Assembly (NCBI RefSeq): GCF_947568905.1
Contig: NC_079172.1
Location: 19,840,001 to 19,904,000 of the forward strand
DNA from: Ostrea edulis
Taxonomy: Eukaryota
Reading direction: 5' to 3'
DNA length: 64,000 nucleotides
Below are positions 48,203-59,853 of this stretch, piece by piece. The position numbers and the translations under genes were made by a program. Below the pieces are notes generated by a model that made no database searches, had not been told where the DNA came from, and saw nothing but the letters and a program-made list of their open reading frames with translations. The number at the start of each line of letters is the position of its first letter. The stretch's first letter is position 1.

Positions 48203-49618
48203 ATTTTTTATGTCCCCCTTCAAAGAAGAGGGGCATATTGGTTTGCACCTGTCGGTCGGTAGACCACATGTTGTCCGCTCAATATATTGAGAACCATTCA
48301 CTTGATGATATTTCATAGGTGGGTTGGTTATGAGTAGAAGAGGACCCATATTGTTTTTCAGGTCAAAAGGTCAAATGCCAATTTACTCTGGACATAGGAA
48401 TATAATGTCCGCTCAATATCTTGAAAACCCTTTGCTTGAAAGACATCAAATTTGGCACACTGGTACATCCTACGGAGTAGATGACCTCTATTGATTTTGA
48501 GGTCATATGGTCAAACTGGGCATAGGAATATACTGTCCGTTCAATATCTTGAGAACCATTTGCTTGACAGACATTAAACTTGGTACACCAGTACATCTTC
48601 AGAAGAAGATGACCCCTATTGATTTTGAGGTCACATGGTCAAAGGTCAAGGGTCAAACTGGACATAGGAATATACTGTCCGTTCAATATCTTGAGAACCA
48701 TTTGCTTGACAGACATCGAACTTGGTACATTGGTACACTTCAGGAGGAGATGACCCCTATTGATTTTGAGGTCACATGGTCAAAGGTCAAGGGTCAAACT
48801 GGAGATAGGAATATACTGTCCGCTCAATGTCTTGAGAACCCTTTGCTTGACAGACATCAAACTTAGTACACTGGTACATCTTCAGGAGCAGATGACATCT
48901 ATCCATTTTGAGGTCACATGTTTAAAGGTCAATGGTCAAACTGGACATTGGAATATACTGTCTGCTCAATATCTTGAGAACCCTTTTCTTGACAGACATC
49001 AAACTTGGTACACTGGTACGTCATCCCTATTGATTTTGAGGTCACATGGTCAAAGGTCAAGGATCAAACTGGACATAGGAATGTACTGTCCATTCAATAT
49101 ATTGAGAACCCTTTTCTTGACAGACATTAAACTTGGTACATTGGTACATCATCAGGAGAAGATGACACCTATTGATTTTGAGGTCGCTTGGTCAAAGGTC
49201 AAGGGTCAAACTGGACATAGGAATATACTGTCTGCTCAATATCTTGAGAACCCTTTGCTTGACAGATATCAAACTTGGTACACTGGTACATCTTTAGGAG
49301 AAGATGACTACTAATAATTTTTAGGTCACATGGTCAAAGGTCAAGGGTCAAACTGGACATAGGAATATACTGTCCGTTCAATATCTTGAAAACCCTTTGC
49401 TTGACAGACATCAAACTTGGTACACTGGTACATCATCAGGAGTTGATGACCCCTATTGATTTTAGGTCACATGGTCAATCCACTCTTGCCATAGGAAGAT
49501 ATTGTCTGCTCAATATTTTGAATTGATGATACTACTCTCAATTAAATGATGTGTGTGTATAACCTTTTTCAATTTTGCACCATGAGGGGCATATGTGTTT
49601 TACAAACATCTCTTGTTT
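48203..49618 (+). mobile_element. Helentron-type (HINE) element carrying a 141-bp satellite array (about 8-9 monomers, about 48270-49520)
   Basis: T-rich head with hairpin cccccttcaaagaagagggg, tail ...gaggggcat...aaacatctcttgtt. Period 141-142 measured at 48600, 48741 and 48883. Confidence 0.85.
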
Positions 49619-50581
49619 CAGAGAGAGCTCTACAGTTCTGCATCTAGCAGCAGCACAGCCGTTGAAAATTTCACATGGTAAGAGTAAAGGCTTTAGCTGT
49701 AGAATAGTTATAATGTAAAAGTTGGTGAGAGTCAAACACAATTCAAATAATCATATTGCTATTTGTGATGTCTCCAATAGACAGACCAAAACAAACTTAC
49801 TAGCCGAATGCAATATTATCAGCAGGTTTCGACCAACAACCTTAATCTTTCAGATCTTTCCAACTATTTTCCACATTAAAACAGTAAATTTATTTGGTTT
49901 TTTTCACTTGGGTGCCCGGCAGATTGCATATCTTCATCCATCATTTCTGTGATTAAAATGTCACGTGATACAGAAACTATTTTCCGAGCATAATTAAAGG
50001 TAGTCTGAATCATTCCGGCGTTTGTATTTACTCCCCATAAACGTCTTGGTGCTTTGTTTAATATTTTTCTGCACTCAAAGCTTGTTTTATTGAAATTCTG
50101 ATCAAAATGCTGATTGGTTAGCTCAATGGGGTAAGAGTGTTTGTGTCCATAGAAAATACTTTGAAGTGAACTTAAGAAAATTTAGATATGCTTTTCCTCT
50201 GAAAGAAAAACAAGTTCAGTGTTTAGAACACATTTCCTCCGCAAAAAAGATGTTTTGAACTCTTCCCAGTGCAACTGTCATATAAGTCGAATGTAATGCG
50301 TGGTATAACTGGGTTTTTTTTTCCACATACCCCTGATAAAGAAATGTACGAGTTTTTAATTTGACGTTATCAAAAACACGTCTTATTTTAATAGCATACC
50401 AATAGATTTATGAATTATTTACTAGTTTTGTGCCATATCACGGGGTGGGGGTTGTATTCTCTATAGGAAGCGCCCAGGTGTGTGGGGAGTAAACATGAAC
50501 GCCGGAATGATCGTAACTAATACGAAGCTTGAGTAAAGCGCCATCTGGTGAGAGAATGTTTTATATACAGGTATCATTGCG

Positions 50582-50740
50582 TGGACCCCGAGTTCCGATT
50601 GGCTCCGTTAAAAACGTACATGGGCAAGCTGACTTTCCCACAATAGCATCCGGTTTTCTCCAATAGCATCCGGTTTTCCCCAATAGCATCCGGTTTAACG
50701 TCGTTTACATTTTTTTTCTGCTTGGACCTCGGGGTCCACA
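50582..50740. mobile_element. Small MITE with an internal 3x 21-bp repeat
   Basis: gtggaccccgag ... ctcggggtccac, with caatagcatccggtttt repeated three times. Confidence 0.55.
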
Positions 50741-50851
50741 GAATAAAGCGTGTTATGGAGAAAGGCACCTTACGCATGCACAAGTGTACGCTATTTGAAT
50801 CGGGATTCACCTGCTGTTATGATGTAAAACTTATACGGTACTAATTTTGAT

Positions 50852-50895
50852 GCACAAGATGCACATTTCGACAAATAATGTATCTTCAGTGATGC
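50852..50895 (-). ncRNA. Minimal type I hammerhead ribozyme, mutated copy
   Basis: GCAUCA-CUGAAGA-UAC(AUUAUUU)GUC-GAA-AUGUGCAU-C/UUGUGC: the core is retained, with one substitution each in stem I, stem II and the stem III palindrome. Confidence 0.7.
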
Positions 50896-51197
50896 TCAAC
50901 CGAAATGTTTGAAATCCGAAATAACAATGTTTTACAGCTGTTTTAGGGGAAAACTGTGTGTCAGAAAGTAGAGTCAAATTCGTCTAAGGATAAGAGCTAT
51001 GCGTAAGGGAGATAATCCTTAATTTTGTAATGAATTTCTAAATTTTGTAACATCAATTAAATGTGCATCCGTATTTTCAAGCTGATAACAAAGTACTTAG
51101 CTACTGGGCTGTAGAGACCCTCGGGGACTAACAGTCCACCAGCAGAGGCCTCCACCCAGGGGTCATAATGTAAAACTTATACGGTACTAATTTTGAT

Positions 51198-51241
51198 GCA
51201 CCAGATGCGCATTTCGACAAATAATGTCTCATCAGTGATGC
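51198..51241 (-). ncRNA. Minimal type I hammerhead ribozyme, intact copy
   Basis: Minus strand GCAUCA-CUGAUGA-GAC(AUUAUUU)GUC-GAA-AUGCGCAU-C/UGGUGC: 6-bp stem I, exact core, 3-bp stem II, palindromic stem III and an AUC cleavage triplet. Confidence 0.85.
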
Positions 51242-53059
51242 TCAACCGAAATGTTTGAATTTATCTGAAATAACAATGAAGTTTTACAGCTATTTTATGA
51301 TATAAACTTTAGATTAATGAGTACGTGTTGAGGAAAGGAATACACCTCTAGCCAGTGGCGGATCCAGACCCTTTTCTAGGGAAGTTATGACCCAAGTTTG
51401 TACCTTTACCGCCAAAAAGAGGGGGGAGAGTGAAGACATGAAAAAAATACCATTTTTGTTAAAGATATCGAACGAAAGGGTTGTACCAACCACCATAACC
51501 TTCTCTAGACCCGCCACAGTCTTGCAACAAGACTTATAATAGAATATCAGCATGTTTCAGATTAAAAAGTTTTAAAGTAAATTTTTATTTCAACCTTGAA
51601 TATTATGTTTCTGTTAGAAACACAGGCATATGGTCCATACACGTATTGCTGTCCTGTTTTAAAGGACACCAACTTGTTAGACTATAACATCGAGTAGTTA
51701 CTGAGGGGACAGGGGATTACCCAAGAACTCTTTTCTCCAGTTCCCATTGATATTTGTGTTGTGGTTAGCTAAGCTAGGATAAAGTGCACGTCCTATCAAT
51801 ATTAATTCGTGAATTTATGATAAATTTCCATTTCTTCCTAGTCACCTGGTGGCCGCACTTATAAATAAAGTTTATTTTTATGTGGGCCTTTCTAAGTACT
51901 GAATGCACTCAATCTCACAAATTAATGGATTCTGCGAGCACCGTTTCCGGTTCTAAACATTAGTCACAGTATAACAAAGACTTTCACTTTCTATTTCCAT
52001 AAAAGAATTAACTCATGAATGTTTAACTAATGTTAATTTCACTAAACGAATCCTACGGATTTAAACACGAGTAAACTTCCACCTGTATACCCGGGTGTAT
52101 CACACATATACTGTCCCTTTAAAATTGTCCTTCAGTGACTTTAAGTTGCATAGCTAAGGCGTGTGTTTGTGGGAAATTATGTACGGGTAAGCAACAAAGA
52201 TCATACGGAATTCTGCATACAGGATATGAAAAATATACGGTACTTTAAATAATTCAGGAGATATTGTCTACGTTAACTTTTCTTAAAATAGGTCAAACTC
52301 CAAGATCATAAGGCCGAAGACTTTGGTACCACACGAAAGCGCTCGTCACAAGTGATGAACACATGAATTATGATAGCCCTAATTAATTTGTGAAGGTTAA
52401 AGTTTTGGACAGACAAACAGGACAAAAGCAATATGCCCTCTGATCAGTTCGCCTCTGATATACGGAGGTACAGTATTGCATTAGTTTTATTTGAACACAC
52501 ATTTTGGATCTAGGACGAGTAAAGACATTTCAATCCCCTACACAAAAAGAGATCTTGTGTAAACTTGATAAGTTGATATGAGATATAATATTGTACTGAA
52601 AACAAGAATGTAGTATCATGCAGGTTAAAAAAATTAAATGTTTTGATATGCGTTAACACTTCGTTTGCCAATCTTTTTTCTCTCTTTTATTTTTATCAAC
52701 CTGCTGTCAATATTTCTTGGAATCCAAATGGGAATTACCGATTATCTCTCTGCAGTTATAAATCAAAACTACATTGTACGAATTACGATATTGAATTTAA
52801 TGAAGTTGTATATTAAATACACCATTGCAGCGTTGCGAACCTACAGATTGATTGCCCGAGAGAAAACTTGCATACTGTAGAACTCATTGATTTCAAGATT
52901 TTTTACGGCTCCCCCAGGGCCCATACACAGGTAGTATTTGTACAACAAAATACCGACTTCAAAGTGTTGCAGGTATATACTTGATTGACACAAGTTATAT
53001 TTGAATATGGGTAAATGAGCGTGTTATATTAGAGACTAGTTACTGCAAACTACGGGAAT

Positions 53060-53173
53060 GTTCGTTTGTTGTTATACGTCTCATTCAACAATTTTCACTC
53101 ACATAGAGACGTTACCAGCTTAAGGCGAAGTGCCACAAATTTCGATGTATACATGTCGCTCAAGGTCACAGCT

Positions 53174-53219
<46 letters not shown>

Positions 53220-53400
53220 TTCTTTGTGCCAGTGTTTACCATGACAAGGGACTACCCGTTCTTAAGGTCATATCCGAAAGACCCATGACTTTCTCTTCTA
53301 ACGCCGGGCGCTTTACAAAGAAACAGTTACTACCTTCGTTCGATGTCTTCGGTTTAACGCGGTGCCGAGATGGAGACTTCTAGCCACCAAGTTACATAAC
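53060..53400 (-). mobile_element. Degenerate tRNA-headed SINE interrupted by a (CA)n(GA)n tract
   Basis: ttttcactc..ata.gagacgt and aaggtcatatccgaaagaccc blocks are shared with 53796 and 63271. Confidence 0.65.
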
Positions 53401-53493
53401 GCCATCATTGTTCACAGGTATGACACTATATAGAATAGCGTTACTGCATGGTAGCACATTTCTGTCCCCTACGTGAAAAAACTTCTATATATA

Positions 53494-53784
53494 TTCTATG
53501 GTCGTTATAATGATCTAGTTTGCCAATATAACCTATCATTGGGTCAAATGCTGTCTCACGTGTTTCATACCGATTGTTCGGCCATTGTTTGACTACGCAT
53601 TACTCTGTTTACCTGATCAAGACAGTGCTCACGGCGGGTGTGACCGGTCGACAAGGGATACTTACTCATCCTAAGCACCTGATCCCATATTTGATATGGC
53701 CAGGGTCCGTGTTTGCTTAACTCTTTATTTTGTATTCCTATAGGAGTTATGAGATTGGTCACTGTTCGTTGTATTCGCCTTTCA
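53494..53784 (+). mobile_element. Penelope-like element 3' fragment
   Basis: Encodes FYGRYNDLVCQYNLSLGQMLSHVFHTDC, followed by the conserved 3' region ending ...cctttca. Confidence 0.78.
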
Positions 53785-53795
53785 TAGTTTTCTAT

Positions 53796-54110
53796 ACCGC
53801 CACGGTGGTCTAGAGGTTAGAACGTTCGCCCCGCATGCGGAAGGCCGGGGTTCGAATCCTGGCCGCGACAGACGTAAGTCGTTAAAACAGGTAGTGACAG
53901 CTCCATCATCAAACGCTCGGCATCAGGTGTGAATGTATCGGAGATGACCTTAAAAACGGATTCCCCGTGGTACGCTAAAGAACCCTCACTGCTCAATGGC
54001 CGTAAGCGCCGAGAAAAAGCCACAATTTGAAGCCCCTCACCGGTCTTGGTAACGTCTCCATATGAGTGAAAAATTCTCAAGAGAAACGTTAAACAAGATG
54101 CAATCAATCA
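53796..54110 (+). mobile_element. tRNA-derived SINE, near full length
   Basis: A box ggtctagagg, B box ggttcgaatcc, (caat)n tail. Confidence 0.9.
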
Positions 54111-54674
54111 TATGTCAACATACAAAATAAATGTGCTGGAATGCAACTTATATGTGTATCCATGTCGGTATGCAAATTACAAAAAATGTTTACGACTTTC
54201 GTTTAAAATGAAAACATGCATACAACTGCACTTACACCAATATATGGTATACATGCAAGTAATTAATGTTAACATGCAACTTTTTTATGCCAACATGTAA
54301 CTTATTTGCGTTAACGTGCAAGATAATTATAAAAACAATCAGCAGAAATAAATTGCATGTATGTTGCATGTTAACGTACATGTAATTATCTCATACTAGT
54401 ATATCAACATTGATAAGTTGCATACCAACATCAATAAGTTGCATTTTGACATAGATATCGGCGTAAGCATGTGCGGATCCAGAAATTTTCCCCGAAGGCG
54501 AGATCCACCACTGTCAATTTTCCCTGAGAGTCCAAACCTATTTTAGGAGTTTAAGATTTGGTATTTTACAACGACTAATGTATAAAAGTACATGTCAGTA
54601 ACATTTTCACGTAAAACGAGCTTTTCTGAATACTTTTTTAAATCTTACATCCACATATTATCATAGATATGTTC

Positions 54675-55556
54675 CATGTTCGGATGACTATTTTGCATGT
54701 TAAAATAACTAGCATGGATGTTCGGATAACTATTTTGCATGTTTGAAATAATTAGTATGCATGTTCGGATAACTATTTTGCATGTTTGAAATAATTAGGA
54801 TGCATGTTCGGATAACTATTTTGCATTTTTTGAAATAATTAGTATGCATGTTCGGATAACTATTTTGCAAGTTGAAATAATTAGTATGAATGTTCGGATA
54901 ACTATTTTGCAAGTTGAAATAATTAGTATGCATGTTCGGATAACTATTTTGCAAGTTGAAATAATTAGTATGGATGTTCGGATAACTATTTTGCATGTTT
55001 GAAATAATTAGGATGCATGTTCGGATAACTATTTTGCATTTTTTGAAATAATTAGTATGCATGTTCGGATAACTATTTTGCAAGTTGAAATAATTAGTAT
55101 GAATGTTCGGATAACTATTTTGCAAGTTGAAATAATTAGTATGCATGTTCGGATAACTATTTTGCAAGTTGAAATAATTAGTATGGATGTTCGGATAACT
55201 TTTTACATGTTGAAATAATTAGTATGGATGTTCGGATAACTATTTTGCATGTTTGAAATAATTAGGATGCATGTTCGGATAACTATTTTGCATTTTTTGA
55301 AATAATTAGTATGCATGTTCGGATAACTATTTTGCAAGTTGAAATAATTAGTATGAATGTTCGGATAACTATTTTGCAAGTTGAAATAATTAGTATCATA
55401 ATGGATGTTCGGATAACTTTTTACATGTTGAAATAATTAGTATGGATGTTCGGATAACTATTTTGCAAATTGAAATAATTAGTATGGATGTTCAGATAAC
55501 TTTTTGCATGTTGAAATAATTAGTATGGATGTTCGGATAACTATTTTGCATGTTGA
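54675..55556. repeat. 42-bp minisatellite (about 20 copies) with a 213-bp higher-order repeat
   Basis: Unit atgttcggataactattttgcaagttgaaataattagtatgc. The variant order 43+44+42+42+42 recurs at 54781 and 54994, then at 55248. Confidence 0.95.
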
Positions 55557-55628
55557 GAAGACTCTCCCCAAAATCAAATTATACATGTACATATGTACAA
55601 TACTTTAGCCAAGCAAATCGAAGCTTAC

Positions 55629-56186
55629 CAGACGTGTCAGAATCTTGAATGATTTTGAATTTTCCTTACAACAGATCTCATTTGAACTAAGTCGAGAAGC
55701 GGTCAGTCTGTGTCTCTTTTCCTCAGTTTTACATTGAACACAAACACTATCCTTCCCGCACTCCTTCCTAGCTTGTATCTGAGAGGCGGAGAAGAGCGAT
55801 GTTTGTAACGATTTGTCTAACGAATCATCGCTTCCATTACGTGCGACAACGAAAATAATTAAAGCAACGAGCACAATGTTAAACGAAAATGAAATTGTCA
55901 ACTTGATATACCGACAGTGTTCACCACTGCTTGGGCATTTACCTCTGCACAAGAGGACACAGCATGATTTTACGTTTCTATGATCAAATGTTAAAAATGT
56001 AACTTTTTCCTGATGAATCCCCGCCTTTTCAATATCACCTTTCTTCAATGAATTTTCGACTAACTCGGAATTGACGTCTAATTTGGAAGTATTTTGGATT
56101 TGATCCGCATCCTCTTGTACGTGTAGTTCCTCGTGTTCATCACCCTGGTCTTGATCGAATTTTTGGGCATCTAGATTGCCAGACAT
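55629..56186 (-). CDS. TNF-superfamily ligand, exon 1 (acidic cytoplasmic tail, TM helix, Cys-rich stalk)
   Basis: 186 codons from the ATG. TM YIKLTISFSFNIVLVALIIFVVA, stalk CGKDSVCVQC...ICCK, donor CTG|gtaagc phase 0. The spliced CDS is 1017 nt (338 aa) with type II topology. Confidence 0.88.
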
Positions 56187-56300
56187 TATGGCTCAAAATA
56201 CTCCAAATCCATTACAAAGAGAAAATAGAAGTGCATTTCTTGTTACTGTGTGCCGCAGCGATTTTAAAAAACCTGCTGTACTTCACACACTAGCTTTATG

Positions 56301-56393
56301 TTTATAAACAGATCTGACCTACATATGGATGTGATATCGCATGCATTTTGGCGCAAATCAATATGCATTTTACAGTGAGTTTACTTTCGTTTT
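56301..56393 (-). promoter_or_regulatory. TNF proximal promoter: TATA box (56306->56301) and IRF-type element (56393->56383)
   Basis: TATAAA about 120 nt upstream of the ATG. AAAACGAAAGT resembles the IRF-E consensus and lies about 77 nt further upstream. Confidence 0.5.
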
Positions 56394-59000
56394 GAGTTTT
56401 CGGAATTAAAACAAGAGGCCCATGTTCTAATGTAATTTAAACCATGTACTTATCTCGGCATGTGGAAATGAGTACATATATATGGAATGGACTTCATATT
56501 TTATGTTCGATCATTCACACAAAGCAGATCTATTAATAGCACAAATCTGACAGCATTTTATACCACACAATAGATTCAGGTATATCACAGGGATACTAGG
56601 TTTACAGTGGTGTCGTATATATATTGTCGCATATATGTATCATATATCGTATTGTGATCATAACACGAGAGTGAGCAGATACATGTATGCATGTTCATGA
56701 TGTTTTAAAAAAACCATTTATTGTACTACTACTTATAGAATATACCTATATATACCATTATTGTATTAACTATTTACTGTATATTAATGACAATTGTGTG
56801 CTATTCTATTTTTATAAGGAGAAGAACTCGTAAGTTGCAAGAACTTGTTTCTAATCCTTTTGTATATAGTATATACAATAAAATATGTTCAAAACAAACA
56901 AAACAAAAACCAGAAAGAAAAACCTTTTGCATTTGCAATAGATATAACTGATAGGTATGCATTGAATAAACCAATACATGTCGATTTATGAACTAATTAA
57001 AACTTAGAGCCAGATTTTAACATGTCGCTAAATCATAAGTTTTTCTCTTACATGCTGTTCACTAAACAGCTGCTAAAGAGTTGAATAAGTTTAAATACAC
57101 TTGCATGGTCTTTTGAAAAAGTAACTTGATTTATTGCAATTCCTAGCTTGGCGTGGAGTAATAAGGACGTGTCAGTGCAACACGAAACCGTCCTCTACCT
57201 CATTAAGATTGCAGAATCTACACAGTCATATAGTCCTGCTATCCCCAGTATATATGTCCTATTAAATTCCGAGACAATGAAATGACAACCGAAAATTAAG
57301 AAATATGAATAGTTTATCTTTTTATGTCAAAATGTCTCTATATATTTTAAATGTAATGTTGTCGCCTAGATGCAAATTGGAGAGGGTGGAGAAATATTGA
57401 ATGAAAAGGTCTGTCGGCTTGAAGCATCCCAAATGAATGTATTTACAATAATGAAATGTATTTCTGAAGTAACACCTAAATCTAGTTTGCAGGGACTATA
57501 ATGCTGTGAACGTGCTACATGCTACGGAATATAAGAGAATATTCTTAAAATTTCAGTGGTTTTCCCCACTAAATGACCCAATATAGCTGGCTTCAACTTT
57601 TGACCCAGGGACCAGAAATTGCTGTAGATGCCCCCCAACCCATTACATGTATAACTAAGCAGCGATTCTCTGATGTAGACTTTCGGATTACAGTATTTGC
57701 TTGGGGTCCAATAATTTCAAAGATATATTGTGTGTTCACTCTAGTCTATGAACTCCAGAGCCCTGCCCTGAACTCAGGGGCTCTGAACGATAAACGTCCT
57801 CTCTTTATTATTATTACAGGTACATCGTACAGTTTGATCGAGTTCCCTTTGATGTCCACTTGTCAAGAAGCAATAAAAAATATATTTTCCCATTTAATCC
57901 CGGGTTGTGGAACGAGAACGAATAGACTCATTTGCTAAATTATAGCAGTTGAGGCAGATTTAGTTCTTGGAATATTTTTGAAGATTGCAGTTAACACCTC
58001 AAGGATAAAATAACAACTACTGTACAACCTCAGCGGGAAGTTAATACACCAGTTCCCAGCGATTAAGCTAAAATGGGATCTTCGAGTATTGATTTAGTTT
58101 TGAATGGGTGGCTTTGTAACGAGGAACTCAGGGGGACCAATCAAGGGCAATTAAATTGGAATTACTTGTTATGTTTCCGTAAGCACTGATGCAGCTTATT
58201 AGAATTTTGTCTAAAAAGCGAAAAAATATACATTTATGTAAAGGTAGTAATGTATAATGCAAAGACTACGTATGTATGCCATACGCGATTGGAATTGCGT
58301 GTCATGTAATTTCATGTCATTCAATCTTCTTCTTTTGGGGGGGGGGGGGGGGGGGGGGTTCAAATTTAGAACCTCATCACACCACCGCTTACCAGTGGAA
58401 GTTGGGAGATGGATAGGTATCTCTCATTGAACATTCATATAATCTATGTAAAAAATAAAATAAGAGAGAGAAAAAAAGACAAGTTGTAGCCACTGAATTT
58501 CATTATATTCTAGAATGTGAAGAATCGTCGAAAATACATGAGCATTTGTTTTATTATATAATGTAGATATTGTAACACTAGCGATATATTTCGATTTTCT
58601 GAATTCATTTATGATAATTTCAGAAAAATGAATATTTAAAAAAAAAAGGAATTACAAAAACCCTCTACTTACAAACTAGTTCAGTTGTTATCAACAGAAA
58701 ATGTCACACAATTATGTAAACTATAGGAAAATATGTATAAGGACAGAAACATACATAATGCTGAGGTTATTCTCCTTTATTATTTTACCATATTATATTT
58801 CATATTCATTATGTTACAAACTATATTTACTATCTCATAGACATCAACTATAATACATTGAATGAATTGTGTCCATTTACCTAACCTGCATTGTACTCAC
58901 TCTATGCCCAACTTTTGTTAATATTTAAGTTTATTTTTCTATGTAAAAACGTTAAACCTATGAACTGTATGATTCTTGGTAATAAACAATACCAACACAT

Positions 59001-59048
<48 letters not shown>

Positions 59049-59309
59049 CATTGATTGATTGGGGCACGAAATATGAGTAATGCATTCAATGAGTACTGGA
59101 CGTGTCGTGAGTATGGAAATTAATGTCATCATGACATTTATGGTAAGTACTGTTCTACTGGAGTTGAAACTTACCTACGTCGAGATTTTTAAAAATAAAA
59201 ATACTACGCTGATTCATAATCTGCACATTAACATAAAGCTATATTAAGCGGGTCCGGTGTTACTGATATGAATACGTTATGATGTGTGATTTACTAGCTT
59301 GAATATTTG

Positions 59310-59460
59310 ATTGAATGTTTTGCTGTTTTCCGACACACGAGACAATTTTTCAGTTATTTGGTGGCGCCCAGTTTTTTTTGGTGGAAGAGAGAACCCAGAT
59401 ACAATGTACCTGGGAAGAGACCTCCGACCTTTCGAAAGTAAACTGGGAAACTTTCTCTCT
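59310..59460 (-). mobile_element. Short SINE (family of 5104-5273)
   Basis: ttgattg tail and gtggcgcccagtt...ggtggaagag...gaaagtaaactgggaaac. Confidence 0.75.
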
Positions 59461-59773
59461 TGACATTATATACGATGCTGACCATAAAGGTTGCCATCAT
59501 TTCTAAGAAAGAATATGGAAATGTCCATTTACATATTATATTTCATTGTAGTATGATTAATCTATTGCCACTGAATTTAGATAGATACATGCATAGACTC
59601 TTTATTAGTTTGAAATAACATATTTGTGTAATTTAAAAATCTGTTTGCAAATTTTAGAAAAGACTGAGTTCAGTGGGTAAAACCTAGATTTAGATGTCTA
59701 CTAATTTCTAGGAAGCATTGAGTTCTGAACTTTCAGTTTTCGTTCTGAGAAAATAGATAACAGTCAATCTGGC

Positions 59774-59853
59774 ACAGCTAAATAAGTACGAGAACACAGC
59801 GAGGACAAACGAAACAGCTAAATAAGTACGAGAACACAGCGAGGACAAACGAA
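59774..59853. repeat. Perfect 40-bp tandem duplication
   Basis: acagctaaataagtacgagaacacagcgaggacaaacgaa, two copies. Confidence 0.9.

Larger units (their letters stand above)
50812..51297 (-). mobile_element. Retrozyme / Penelope pLTR-type direct repeat, 346-bp period, about 1.4 monomers
   Basis: About 130 bp are duplicated at 50816 and 51162, each copy containing a hammerhead core. No ORF of 60 aa or more. Confidence 0.8.

Noticed and set aside
48507-49314. 119-aa and 184-aa repetitive ORFs
   Set aside because: By-product of the 141-bp satellite period inside a Helentron-type element.
54730-55167. 145-aa (QNSYPNMHTNYFNL)n ORF sense to TNF
   Set aside because: Translation of the 42-bp minisatellite. 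No convincing splice sites, and the TNF exons join without it.
57573-57938. 121-aa plus-strand ORF upstream of TNF
   Set aside because: Composed of repeat fragments, with no domain or splice context.
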